Source of the DNA: Candidatus Latescibacterota bacterium
GTDB lineage: Bacteria; Latescibacterota; UBA2968; UBA8231
Direction: 5' to 3'
Length of the DNA: 64,000 bases
Assembly (NCBI GenBank): GCA_965203175.1
Contig: OZ241867.1
Coordinates: 2,144,001-2,208,000, forward strand
Every line of letters starts with the position of its first letter. The stretch's first letter is position 1. The notes beneath the pieces were generated by a model. That model made no database searches. It was not told the origin of the DNA and saw only the letters and a program-made list of their open reading frames with translations. Positions 55,245 through 64,000 of the stretch are shown here, in pieces. The translations under genes were made by a program, and so were the position numbers.

Positions 55245-57272
55245 TCAGACGGGCAGTTGGCGCTTCTGTTCGGCGATGTGAAACTTCAGCTTCTTGCTCG
55301 GTTTCAGCGATGGAAGCGGGCTGAACCGGAGCTTGTAGTTGGCGGGGGACACCTCGAGCGTAAAGTAATGCGCGATCAGCAGCACGTTGACAGCCAGTTG
55401 CAGTTCCATCCACCGCGAGCCGAGGCATGTGTGCGTGCCCAATCCGTACGGCGCGTACCCGGGACTGCGGTGCTCATTGCGTGGAGGCCGATAGCGATCA
55501 ATATCGAATGTGAAGGGGTCTGGGAAGACGTCGTCCATGTAATGGGGGGCCGTCTGGGCAATGTAGACCCGCGACCCCACTGGTAGTTCGTAGCCCTCGA
55601 CCACACACAAATTCATCACGTCGCGCATAGACATCGGGACAATCGGGTACATGCGCATGCACTCCATGAGGAAGCGGTGCGTGACGTCGATGGCGGATGG
55701 GGTGAAGGCTTCGCCATCTGGATCGCCGTTTTCAAACAGGGCATGGGCTTCACGGCGGATTCGGTCGTAGAGCGCAGGCTGTGAGGCCATGGCGTAAACG
55801 GCGAAGCTAAACGCATCGCCAAGGTACACGCTGGCAATCAGCGCGGCAGATAGGGCGAAGCGCAGGTTCGACTCCGGCACGAACTGCGGATCGCTCGCGT
55901 GTAGGCTTAGCCAGTCATCGGCAAGGTTGCGCGGGCAACCAGCCCGCTGGGTGGGCGTATGGACACTCTGGATCCGTTCCAGCAACGTGTCCACGGCTTT
56001 CGCCCGGCGTTTCATTCCCGGGGTTTTCAGCATGAATTTGGGCAGGGCCTTAACGACGTGCGTGCTGAGTGCTCGTTCCTTGTATTTTATTAGATCGTCG
56101 ATGATATCCTGCGTATCAACGCTGACGGAGAGGGGTGAGATTTGCGCGTTGATCATTAGTCGGCACAAGCGCGTTGCAGAGAAGGTGTCCCCAACCTTCC
56201 AATCCGCCATGTAACTACGGGCGTGATGGTAGAGTTGATCCAGCTGCGCTACCAGTCTCCCGCGTGAGTACGCCGGCCCCATAGCCTTGCGCAGCCGGAA
56301 GTGATCCGCGCCATCTAGAGAAGGCAATACTCCAGACGCACCATAGACTTTCTCGAAGTCGGCAAAGTAGTCCCGGGCTCTCAGATACATCCGCCCGTGC
56401 CGATGCACCCAGTGGTTTATCTGTGGCCCGGCGATGAAGATCATGGGTTTGGCAAACGGCGGACGGATCTCAAACACTGGGCCATACTTTTGTGTAAGCT
56501 CTGCTAAGAGCGCGGGAACGTTGCCGTCTCGCACATGGGGATTGAGCAGCAACTGACGTAGCGGGATAGCTGGAATTTGCTTGGTTAGGTGGGAACGTTG
56601 CAGTAACGGGCTGGCGATGTTTTGCTCGACCGCCTCGGCTATGGAGCGGCCGATCAAGTCCATCTGGCAGATGGACTTGATTCGCTCTTCGGCTTCGTCA
56701 TCAAGTTGGAATATGAAGCGAAAGACGTCGCACGTATTGACGAGGCAAATAACGATGATGTCTCTCGGAGTGGGTATCGCGTCGGTAAAGATATACCTCA
56801 TGATACGCAACTTGATAAACTCACCTGCTGTATCTTCTATGGAGTTGCTGTACAGTTCCGTCTGCCAGCCGGTACGAGCCAGCGTATAGAAATCGCCGTC
56901 GTGGTGATCCAGGATCTTCAGGCGAACCAAGCGGTCCAGTGTCAAATCAATGACTGACTCCGCACGGGGGGCGAGCCGTTCAATCCAGTACTGGGTGTTC
57001 TGTTGAACGGGTTCGCTTGCAATTTCTTTCAGAATGGGGTCTAAGACGGGGTTGCCCGTTTCGGTCTGGTCCACGAGGAACAGGGATTCCATGTCCGTGT
57101 CGATGCGCGACAGGAGGGAGAGCTCCGCGAGTACTGCGCCGACGACAGCGCAGTTCAAATCCCAGCCGGGTACTTGGTGAAAGTAGCCGTTCTCCTCGTT
57201 GAGGAGCAGCAGGATGAGCTCTTCGGGCAAACTGAGCGATTGGGTCGTCGAACTCTCTTTAGTAGCAGCCAT
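55245..57272 (-). CDS. GPP34/GOLPH3 domain-cytochrome P450 fusion
   Basis: N-term LSLPEELILLLL..GAVLAELSL..RI..TGNPVLD; C-term ECMR (ExxR), FDIDRY, YGLGTHTCLG; start at ATG 57272. Confidence 0.85.
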   Translation of the reverse strand: MAATKESSTTQSLSLPEELILLLLNEENGYFHQVPGWDLNCAVVGAVLAELSLLSRIDTDMESLFLVDQTETGNPVLDPILKEIASEPVQQNTQYWIERLAPRAESVIDLTLDRLVRLKILDHHDGDFYTLARTGWQTELYSNSIEDTAGEFIKLRIMRYIFTDAIPTPRDIIVICLVNTCDVFRFIFQLDDEAEERIKSICQMDLIGRSIAEAVEQNIASPLLQRSHLTKQIPAIPLRQLLLNPHVRDGNVPALLAELTQKYGPVFEIRPPFAKPMIFIAGPQINHWVHRHGRMYLRARDYFADFEKVYGASGVLPSLDGADHFRLRKAMGPAYSRGRLVAQLDQLYHHARSYMADWKVGDTFSATRLCRLMINAQISPLSVSVDTQDIIDDLIKYKERALSTHVVKALPKFMLKTPGMKRRAKAVDTLLERIQSVHTPTQRAGCPRNLADDWLSLHASDPQFVPESNLRFALSAALIASVYLGDAFSFAVYAMASQPALYDRIRREAHALFENGDPDGEAFTPSAIDVTHRFLMECMRMYPIVPMSMRDVMNLCVVEGYELPVGSRVYIAQTAPHYMDDVFPDPFTFDIDRYRPPRNEHRSPGYAPYGLGTHTCLGSRWMELQLAVNVLLIAHYFTLEVSPANYKLRFSPLPSLKPSKKLKFHIAEQKRQLPV

Positions 57273-57355
57273 CAGCTTTGGCTTCCCTGCATTATACCTC
57301 AATACAATAAGGCCATATTCCCTTATATAACTTTCCGGCTTAGGGGAAGCAAGTC

Positions 57356-60300
57356 TTATTCTGAGTTGAAACCAGAACTGCCGCGCGAAGCAATCAGACG
57401 CAGATGGATGGTCGAAAGAGCGGGAACGACCATCATAAGTATGGCCGTGACAAAGAGAATGCCGCAACCGAGCGATGCGGCAAAGGGGATCAGGAACTGG
57501 GCCTGAATGGCGCGTTCTAGAATGAGGGGTGTGAAGCCGAGGAAAGTAGTCACGGAAGTGAGCATAATCGGACGAAAACGTCCCTTAGCGCCCTCTATGA
57601 TCGCAGTGCGCACCGGGGTGCCTTCCCTGAGTTTCTGATCGATGAAGTCGATCATGACCAGGGAATCGTTCACTACCACGCCGCTTAGGCCGAAGATACC
57701 CATAAAGGATACCGCGCTCAGGGCTACTCCGAGGACCCAGTGCCCTAGGATCACTCCGATGAACCCGAATGGGATGACGGCCATGATGATGAACGGTTTG
57801 GTATAGGAGCGGAGAGGGATGGCAAGCAGCACGAAAATCATGATCAGGGCAATCGCAAATCCGCGACGCAGCGCACCTAGGGACTCGAGTTGCTGTTGTT
57901 GTTCACCGCCAAATGTATATGTCAGGTCCGGGTGCAAGGCGGTCAAGTCCGCGAGGATCGAATTGGCCAGGATGCTGTTGGCTTCGTCGCCGGAAATCAC
58001 GGAAGGGTCCACGTCCGCGGTGACCGTGACGACGCGCTGACCATCCTTCCGGGGAATGGCCGGCGGCGACATGCCCGAGTTGAGCGAGGCCACACTCATA
58101 ACCGGGACCTCGGCCCCGCTCGGCGTACGGAGTAGGTACCCTTCGACATCGGTGATGGAATTCCGCTCATCAGCGGGCAGGCGCACGTAAACCCGGACCT
58201 CTTCCCGGCCGCGCTGCACCCGGACGGCCTCTGCGCCGAAGAACGCGGCACGCGCTTGTCCGGCCAACTCTTCAAGCGTGAGACCGAGGGTCCGCGCCTC
58301 CGGTCGCAGTTCGAGCTGAACTTCTGGGATGCCCGGGGTGTGATCCGAGCGCACGTCGTAGACGCCTCCTATTCCACGGAGACCATCGACCACGGAGTCC
58401 GCGATCTGGACGAGGCGCTCCGGGTCTGGATGGGAAAGCACGGCCTCGACAGGGTTGCCTAGGTCGATGACTTTGCCGCTGAAGGTGATGCCGCGCACGT
58501 AGGGCAGCACACCCACTTCCTCCCGCCATGCCTGCGCGAAGTCTACGGTGGAGATCTCTCTTTGCCGCGCGCCTAGGAGCTTGAATTCGATGGTGGCGAC
58601 ATTGGCTTCCGGATTGAGGGTTGGCTCCGGATTAAGCCCCCCGCCCTGGACTCTTGGCCGCTGTCCGACGATCGCGGTTACACCGGTCAGCAGCGGAGGC
58701 GCATCTTCGGGCCGGTTGCGCGAAATTCGTTCGATAACCCGGTGGCCTGCGGCCTCCAGTTCTTTCGCCACCTCGTACGTCTGCGGCGCGGTCGCCCCAT
58801 CGGGCATCTCCAGAGTGACCGTTGCGAAATCCCCCTCGACGTCAGGGGCCAATGTAGTAGGGACGATACCCGCCCAAATCAGGGAGATACTCAACACGAG
58901 TATGCCCACGGCCCCCGCCATCGTTACCACGGGCTGGTCCGTCGCGAACCGCAGCGCCCGATCTAGAGGGCCTTGCACGAACCTGTTTAGCAGCACGTCC
59001 ACGCGACCCTGGATTCGTGCGAAGAACCGATCGAAAGCGTTTGTTGGCACCCATTCCGGGCCGTGCAAATGGGACAGGTGGTTGGGCAATACCAGCAGCG
59101 ATTCGACCAGAGAAATTAGCAGGATGGCGATCATGATGATCGGTAGTGCCCGCCATGACTCACCGATACCACCGGGGATGAACAGTAGCGGGACGAAGGC
59201 CACCACCGTAGTGAGGACTGCGAATGTCAATGGGACTTTTATCCGACGTGCGCCGCGGACCGCAGCCACGATCCCGGGTGTTCCCCGCTTGCGTTCGTAT
59301 TGGATGTGCTCGGCTACGACGATGGCATCGTCGACGATAATACCTATGGCGAGGATAAACGATAACAGGCTTTGGGCGTAGATCGCGACGTCGAGTACCA
59401 ACATGGCCGCCAGGGCGCCGATGCCCGAAACGGCGAGGCCGACGGCGACCCACAGGGCAAGCCGGATTTCGAGAAACAAGCTAAGTGCGATCAACACCAG
59501 CAACAGGCCCAGAATACCGTTCTTGAGCAGAATATCGGCGCGTTCCTCGTAGTCTTGGGATTCGTCATTCCAAATGGTGATGCCTACCCCGTCTGGCAGA
59601 GCCGGGATTACCTCGTTCGCCAAGTGCTCTCGGACGGTTGTGGCGACATCCATCACATGTTCACCATCAGCCCGGTAGACCTCGACGAATACCGCGGGAT
59701 GGTTCTGATGCCGGACAATCAGGTCGGTTTCCTGAAAACCGTCGCGAACCTCGGCGATATCGCCAAGGCGCAAAACCGTGCCGTCAGTGCCTGTGAGAAG
59801 GACGATCTCTTCGAAATCCTGTTGGTCGTAGTTCTGGCCGAGGGTCCGGACCCGCACTTGGGATTCCCGGGTATCGATACTGCCGGCAGACAAATCGAGG
59901 GAACTGCGACGAATCGTGTTGGCGATGTCGGTGAGTGTAAGTCCAAGGGCTCTTAGCCGATGGAGCGGCACCTCGATAGAGATTTCGTATTTCCGCACTC
60001 CACTGACCTCGACCTGGGACACGGAGGGAAGCGCCGTCAGTTCATCCTCGATCTGGTGCGCCAATTCCTTCAGCGAGCGCTCAGATACATCGCCATAAAC
60101 AATAAGCCGTATCATGCTCTGACGATTGGTCATCTCCTTGAATTGGGGACGTTCGGCTCTGGCTGGGAAAGACTGTATGCGATTGACGGCAGACTCGATA
60201 TCGTCCAACGCCTGCGCCATGTCCGTACCGGAATCCATTTGAATTCGGACGGATGCTATACTTGGTGCCGCTACGGACTTGACCGCCTTTACGTCATCCA

Positions 60301-60553
60301 ACCCGCTGACCTGGTCCTCGATCTTGACGACGATCGACTCCTCCACTTCCTCTGGTGTGGCACCGGGATAGGCCATCGAAACTTCAATGTGGTAGAAAGG
60401 GACCGTCGGCCATGCTTCGCGCTCTAGGCCGGTCAGCGACACCAGCCCGGCGGCGATGATAGCCCACATCAACAGATTGGCGGCTACACTGTTGCCCGCC
60501 ATGTAGGCGATCGGGCCGGATGGTTCCTTGTGATTGCCGTTGTCAGAGCTCAT
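57356..60553 (-). CDS. RND efflux permease (AcrB family)
   Basis: GIIVDDAIVVAE, RFRPIMLTS.TT, 1065 aa. Confidence 0.95.
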   Translation of the reverse strand: MSSDNGNHKEPSGPIAYMAGNSVAANLLMWAIIAAGLVSLTGLEREAWPTVPFYHIEVSMAYPGATPEEVEESIVVKIEDQVSGLDDVKAVKSVAAPSIASVRIQMDSGTDMAQALDDIESAVNRIQSFPARAERPQFKEMTNRQSMIRLIVYGDVSERSLKELAHQIEDELTALPSVSQVEVSGVRKYEISIEVPLHRLRALGLTLTDIANTIRRSSLDLSAGSIDTRESQVRVRTLGQNYDQQDFEEIVLLTGTDGTVLRLGDIAEVRDGFQETDLIVRHQNHPAVFVEVYRADGEHVMDVATTVREHLANEVIPALPDGVGITIWNDESQDYEERADILLKNGILGLLLVLIALSLFLEIRLALWVAVGLAVSGIGALAAMLVLDVAIYAQSLLSFILAIGIIVDDAIVVAEHIQYERKRGTPGIVAAVRGARRIKVPLTFAVLTTVVAFVPLLFIPGGIGESWRALPIIMIAILLISLVESLLVLPNHLSHLHGPEWVPTNAFDRFFARIQGRVDVLLNRFVQGPLDRALRFATDQPVVTMAGAVGILVLSISLIWAGIVPTTLAPDVEGDFATVTLEMPDGATAPQTYEVAKELEAAGHRVIERISRNRPEDAPPLLTGVTAIVGQRPRVQGGGLNPEPTLNPEANVATIEFKLLGARQREISTVDFAQAWREEVGVLPYVRGITFSGKVIDLGNPVEAVLSHPDPERLVQIADSVVDGLRGIGGVYDVRSDHTPGIPEVQLELRPEARTLGLTLEELAGQARAAFFGAEAVRVQRGREEVRVYVRLPADERNSITDVEGYLLRTPSGAEVPVMSVASLNSGMSPPAIPRKDGQRVVTVTADVDPSVISGDEANSILANSILADLTALHPDLTYTFGGEQQQQLESLGALRRGFAIALIMIFVLLAIPLRSYTKPFIIMAVIPFGFIGVILGHWVLGVALSAVSFMGIFGLSGVVVNDSLVMIDFIDQKLREGTPVRTAIIEGAKGRFRPIMLTSVTTFLGFTPLILERAIQAQFLIPFAASLGCGILFVTAILMMVVPALSTIHLRLIASRGSSGFNSE

Positions 60554-61764
60554 GGTGTCGGGTCAACTTCCGTCAGGACGCGCATGCTTTCTGTGGCAAA
60601 CAGGATACCACCGGTGATGACGGCTTGGCCGCTTGCGAGTGTGCCGGTCACGTATACCTCGTCGTTGGTGCGTTGTAGGACCTGTACCGGAACGATACTC
60701 ACCACGCCGCCATCATTCACGATCCAAACCTCGTTGCCGGGTCGCAGCGCCGCTCGCGGCACCTGATAGTATCCATCCAATTCAAGACCCTCTATTTCCA
60801 CCTCGACGAATTTACCAACCAGAAGCGGGGGACTGCCGTCAAGAGGAACGGTTCCGTCCATCGGGCTACCTGAATGAATTGGGTCCGGTACGCGCACGAT
60901 CACGTCGATGGTGCGCGTTTGCTTGTCCAAGGATGCCTCGCCACGGTCCACGTAACCTTCCCAGGCATAAGTTCCGTCGCCGTACCGAGCAACTACGCGC
61001 ACTGCCACGGTCCGATTCCCGTCTCCCGCCGAAAGTGACCACAGCCCCGGGATCAAAGCCGCATCGGAATCGGACAAGGGGACGATTACTTCCACGGCAT
61101 CCGCGGCGAAAATCCGCGCGACGGGCTGGCCGGCCGCCAGGATTTGTCCCACATCCACGGATTCTTCCTGCACAAAACCAGCAAAGGGAGCAGTTACCTT
61201 GGTTCTGGAGAGGGCGAGATTAGCATCGGCGAGCCTGGCCTCGTCGCGGTTAAGCGCGGCCTGAGCCGCGTTCAACTGAGGTTCCCTTAGCGCGAGAGGA
61301 TTCGCTGTGGACGGCGAAGCTTCATCCCCTTGTCGCCCTGAGTAAAGTTCGTACTGTGCACGGGCAATCGATGCCTGTTCCTGCTCTTTAAGTAAAGCCA
61401 CTCGGCTGGCCGCGAGATTGGCCTCTGCTTCCTGCACCCGGTATTGATAATCGACCTCTTCGATGCGGAAGATCGTTTGGCCCGCCGCTACCCGTCCTCC
61501 GCTTTGAAATCCCGGATCCACCCAGACGATCTTGCCACCCACTTGCGGAACGATATCGATCTCCGCGCTGGGCCTCACGGTACCGGAGCCAAATACCGGT
61601 ATGGGTCCCGTACCGGCTGTAACTAGGCTAGTCTGCACGAACGGTACTTGGGGAGGCTGTTCGGTGCGGGTCGGTTCGGGTGCCAGTGAAATCAAAAAAG
61701 CAGCCAAACCAACGGAAACCACGATAATGACGCCGGCAATTATAAAACTGGATATGCGGGACAT
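60550..61764 (-). CDS. RND membrane fusion protein
   Basis: N-terminal TM, PQVGGKI, APFAG, coiled hairpin. Confidence 0.92.
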   Translation of the reverse strand: MSRISSFIIAGVIIVVSVGLAAFLISLAPEPTRTEQPPQVPFVQTSLVTAGTGPIPVFGSGTVRPSAEIDIVPQVGGKIVWVDPGFQSGGRVAAGQTIFRIEEVDYQYRVQEAEANLAASRVALLKEQEQASIARAQYELYSGRQGDEASPSTANPLALREPQLNAAQAALNRDEARLADANLALSRTKVTAPFAGFVQEESVDVGQILAAGQPVARIFAADAVEVIVPLSDSDAALIPGLWSLSAGDGNRTVAVRVVARYGDGTYAWEGYVDRGEASLDKQTRTIDVIVRVPDPIHSGSPMDGTVPLDGSPPLLVGKFVEVEIEGLELDGYYQVPRAALRPGNEVWIVNDGGVVSIVPVQVLQRTNDEVYVTGTLASGQAVITGGILFATESMRVLTEVDPTP

Positions 61765-61770
61765 GGCGAT

Positions 61771-63288
61771 TTACTCCGTGGAAGTCGAAAGAATACTCGA
61801 CCGGGCGCTCTGCTGGAGGGCTTCCCTTTCGTTGGCGGTCCACGCGCCGCCCAAGGCGCGGTGCAGCGCAAGACGCGCATACCCCAGATCACGCGCTGCC
61901 GTTGCCAGTACGGATTGCGTACCTAGGAAGGTGTGCGTCGCCGTCAGGAAAGACTCATAGTCCCCCACTCCAGAGACATACCGCTGCTCCTGTAACGCAG
62001 CTTCTGCCTGAGCCTCTTCCACTAGGGAAGCGAGTAACGAATAACGGCGGTGCCTGGCTTCCAGCCCCACAAGGGCGGCCTCAACCTCGTTGACCGCGGT
62101 TACCACCGAACGTCCGAAGGCGGCGGCAGCTTCATTTAGGCTGGCTTCGGCAAGCGCAACATTGCTGCGCAGCCGTGAACCTTGGAATACGGGGCCAAGC
62201 AGGTTCAGGCTCAGATTCCGGAACCATTGATCCGGATTAAACAGCTCACCTGACTCCGTACTTTGCAGCCCGATAGAACCAGACAGGGACAATTTCGGCA
62301 GCAAATCCGCGCGGCGGGCCCCAACTGTGTAGCGGGCCGCTTCCACCCGCTGCCTTGCCGCGCTGACGTCAGGCCGCTGCACCAGGAGATCGGCTGGAAT
62401 GCCTGCCGGAACGGGGTCGAGGGCTGTGGAAGATGTCAGGGAATCGGGCAGCAAATCCGCGAGGTCTGCGCGGTACCCTCCCAGAAGCACCCAAAGTCGC
62501 CCCTCGGCATCCGCCAGCAGCGCTTCGATTTGCGGCAACTCGGCTTGCGCATTGCGCAGATTCTGCCGTGCCGTAAAGAGGCCGCGCGTATCGGTCAGCC
62601 CGCGGTCATAAAGAGAATCGGCCAACGACTTCCGGTGCTGAAAGATTTCCACGATTTCGCCTGCTAGCCTCTGCTGATGGCGCAGGTTGACGATCTCCAA
62701 GTAGGTTCGCACGGTTTCGGCCAGCACCCCCATGCGGGCCGTCAGGTAGTCCGCTTCCGAAGCCAGCCGCTCGGCTCCGGCGGCGCGCGCGTCGTTGCGA
62801 TTGCGGCCCCAGAAGTCGAGTTCGTAGGCGAATTCCGCGCCAAGGGTGTAGGTAGTCAGGCCGAGCCGGTCGGGGATAGTTATACCGGAGGCGCTCAGGG
62901 CGTCTGAGCCCAGACCAACCTCTTCTAGTTGCGCTCCGATGCCCGCATTCGTGGGCGCATCGAAGTCGTTGACACCAACCGAAGGTTGAAGCAGTGGAAA
63001 CGCCGAGGATTTGGCGATGCGTTCCCGCGCCCTAGCCTGATCGACCCGGGCGACCGCCCCGGCTAGGTCGAAGTTCGAGGCAAGCACTGCTTCGATTACT
63101 TGGTCGAGAACCGGGTCAGCAAATGATTTCCACCACTCCAGCGGCTCGTATGAGCCGGCAACTTCACTGCCGGCAAACTCGTTGGGTAACTCCGCAACCG
63201 ATGCGGGAATCGGGGGAGGCTTCAGTGTAAGGGAACAAGCGGAGATGAGAGAGCCGACGATTACCGAAAACAGCAGTCTGATTGGCAT
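61771..63288 (-). CDS. Outer membrane efflux lipoprotein (OprM/NodT)
   Basis: Lipobox LISAC, WW..F.DP.L, YELDFWG, RPDV.AA, L.RALGGAW. Confidence 0.93.
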   Translation of the reverse strand: MPIRLLFSVIVGSLISACSLTLKPPPIPASVAELPNEFAGSEVAGSYEPLEWWKSFADPVLDQVIEAVLASNFDLAGAVARVDQARARERIAKSSAFPLLQPSVGVNDFDAPTNAGIGAQLEEVGLGSDALSASGITIPDRLGLTTYTLGAEFAYELDFWGRNRNDARAAGAERLASEADYLTARMGVLAETVRTYLEIVNLRHQQRLAGEIVEIFQHRKSLADSLYDRGLTDTRGLFTARQNLRNAQAELPQIEALLADAEGRLWVLLGGYRADLADLLPDSLTSSTALDPVPAGIPADLLVQRPDVSAARQRVEAARYTVGARRADLLPKLSLSGSIGLQSTESGELFNPDQWFRNLSLNLLGPVFQGSRLRSNVALAEASLNEAAAAFGRSVVTAVNEVEAALVGLEARHRRYSLLASLVEEAQAEAALQEQRYVSGVGDYESFLTATHTFLGTQSVLATAARDLGYARLALHRALGGAWTANEREALQQSARSSILSTSTE

Positions 63289-63605
63289 ATCGCTGACCTG
63301 GCAAAATTTAACTTGATGCTTTCAATTGAGAAGGCATCATCACAAATGCGACCACATCGGCTTGAGTCTTATCGGCAATAGATGAGGGGCAACCGTCAGT
63401 CGCAAGCACGTGGCCCTAGGATGTTCGATTTTACTCTAAGAAAGTCAGCCCGTCAACCCGCAAAAGGGGTGTTTCAGTTCCCACAAAGCCTTGCGCGCTA
63501 TTTCAACATTTTGACAGATTATCGCCAAAAGGTGTCTTATTCTGTCCATGCGTTAGCTGATAGACCGGAGCAGTGCTTCGCCTGTGCCGAAGCGGAGGGA
63601 AAACC

Positions 63606-64000
63606 ATGACCGATCTCACTCTGAGTGCCGAACAGATTAGCGAGTTTGAGGAAGACGGCTACCTCATCCTCGAAAACCTCTTGGACCGGGAGGACGCCGA
63701 GCGGATTCTGCGCATCGCCCGCTGCGACCCGCAGTTGGCCGCCGACGCCAAAGGCAACCAGAACTACGAGGGCGAAGGACTCGATACCCGGTTGGCCTAC
63801 CGTCCTGGCCTTGCCGACGATGTGTACAGCGCCTTGGCTCGCAGCCGCAGAATCGTCGAACCGCTCGAACAGTTGTTCGACGACCGGGTGCGCTACTACT
63901 ATCAGTTGCAAATGCTGAAAGATCCCCAGACCGGCGGGTGGCAGTATCACCAGGACTACGGCTACCACTACCAGCAATTCTTCTACCCTGCGTTCGCCAG
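63606..64000 (+). CDS. PhyH family dioxygenase, partial (runs off window; absent from the ORF track)
   Basis: RBS GGAGG; MTDLTLSAEQISEFEEDGYL...WQYHQDYGY. Confidence 0.85.
   Translation, partial: MTDLTLSAEQISEFEEDGYLILENLLDREDAERILRIARCDPQLAADAKGNQNYEGEGLDTRLAYRPGLADDVYSALARSRRIVEPLEQLFDDRVRYYYQLQMLKDPQTGGWQYHQDYGYHYQQFFYPAFA

Noticed and set aside
57273-57467. N-terminal extension of the P450 fusion
   Set aside because: Overlaps the RND gene end; ATG 57272 directly precedes the GPP34 domain
1-64000. CRISPR array, tRNA, rRNA or integron attC array
   Set aside because: No regularly spaced repeats or recognisable RNA gene seen by eye; a covariance-model search was not possible

Overview
GC-rich bacterial DNA, probably from a Latescibacterota/Gemmatimonadota-like FCB-group lineage and possibly a sponge symbiont. 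This is inferred from the PhyH expansion, FlgD-Ig C-terminal domains, a WGxIK tail and a sulfatase. Bases 1-21.4 kb hold a long minus-strand envelope gene string: polytopic membrane protein, lipoprotein PPIase, three secreted proteins with TPNGD/FlgD-Ig tails, two paralogous acidic barrel-like proteins, a GT-C/TPR protein, then PhyH and sugar ABC genes. Bases 21.5-49.5 kb are a mosaic: phosphodiesterase, a SoxR-controlled Rieske protein, sulfatase, TA modules and orphan antitoxins, HxG-type PhyH enzymes, CotH, mgtE, an NgoMIV-like RM pair and surE. Two addiction modules sit between diverged duplicates of a neighbouring gene end, with no integrase visible. Bases 49.5-63.3 kb carry a stand-alone chloramphenicol-type halogenation cassette (ligase, CmlS, ACP, SDR) behind a sigma54-like promoter, a sterol-type Rieske oxygenase, and a GPP34-cytochrome P450 fusion downstream of a tripartite RND pump. 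All assignments come from motif recognition by eye; no searches were run.
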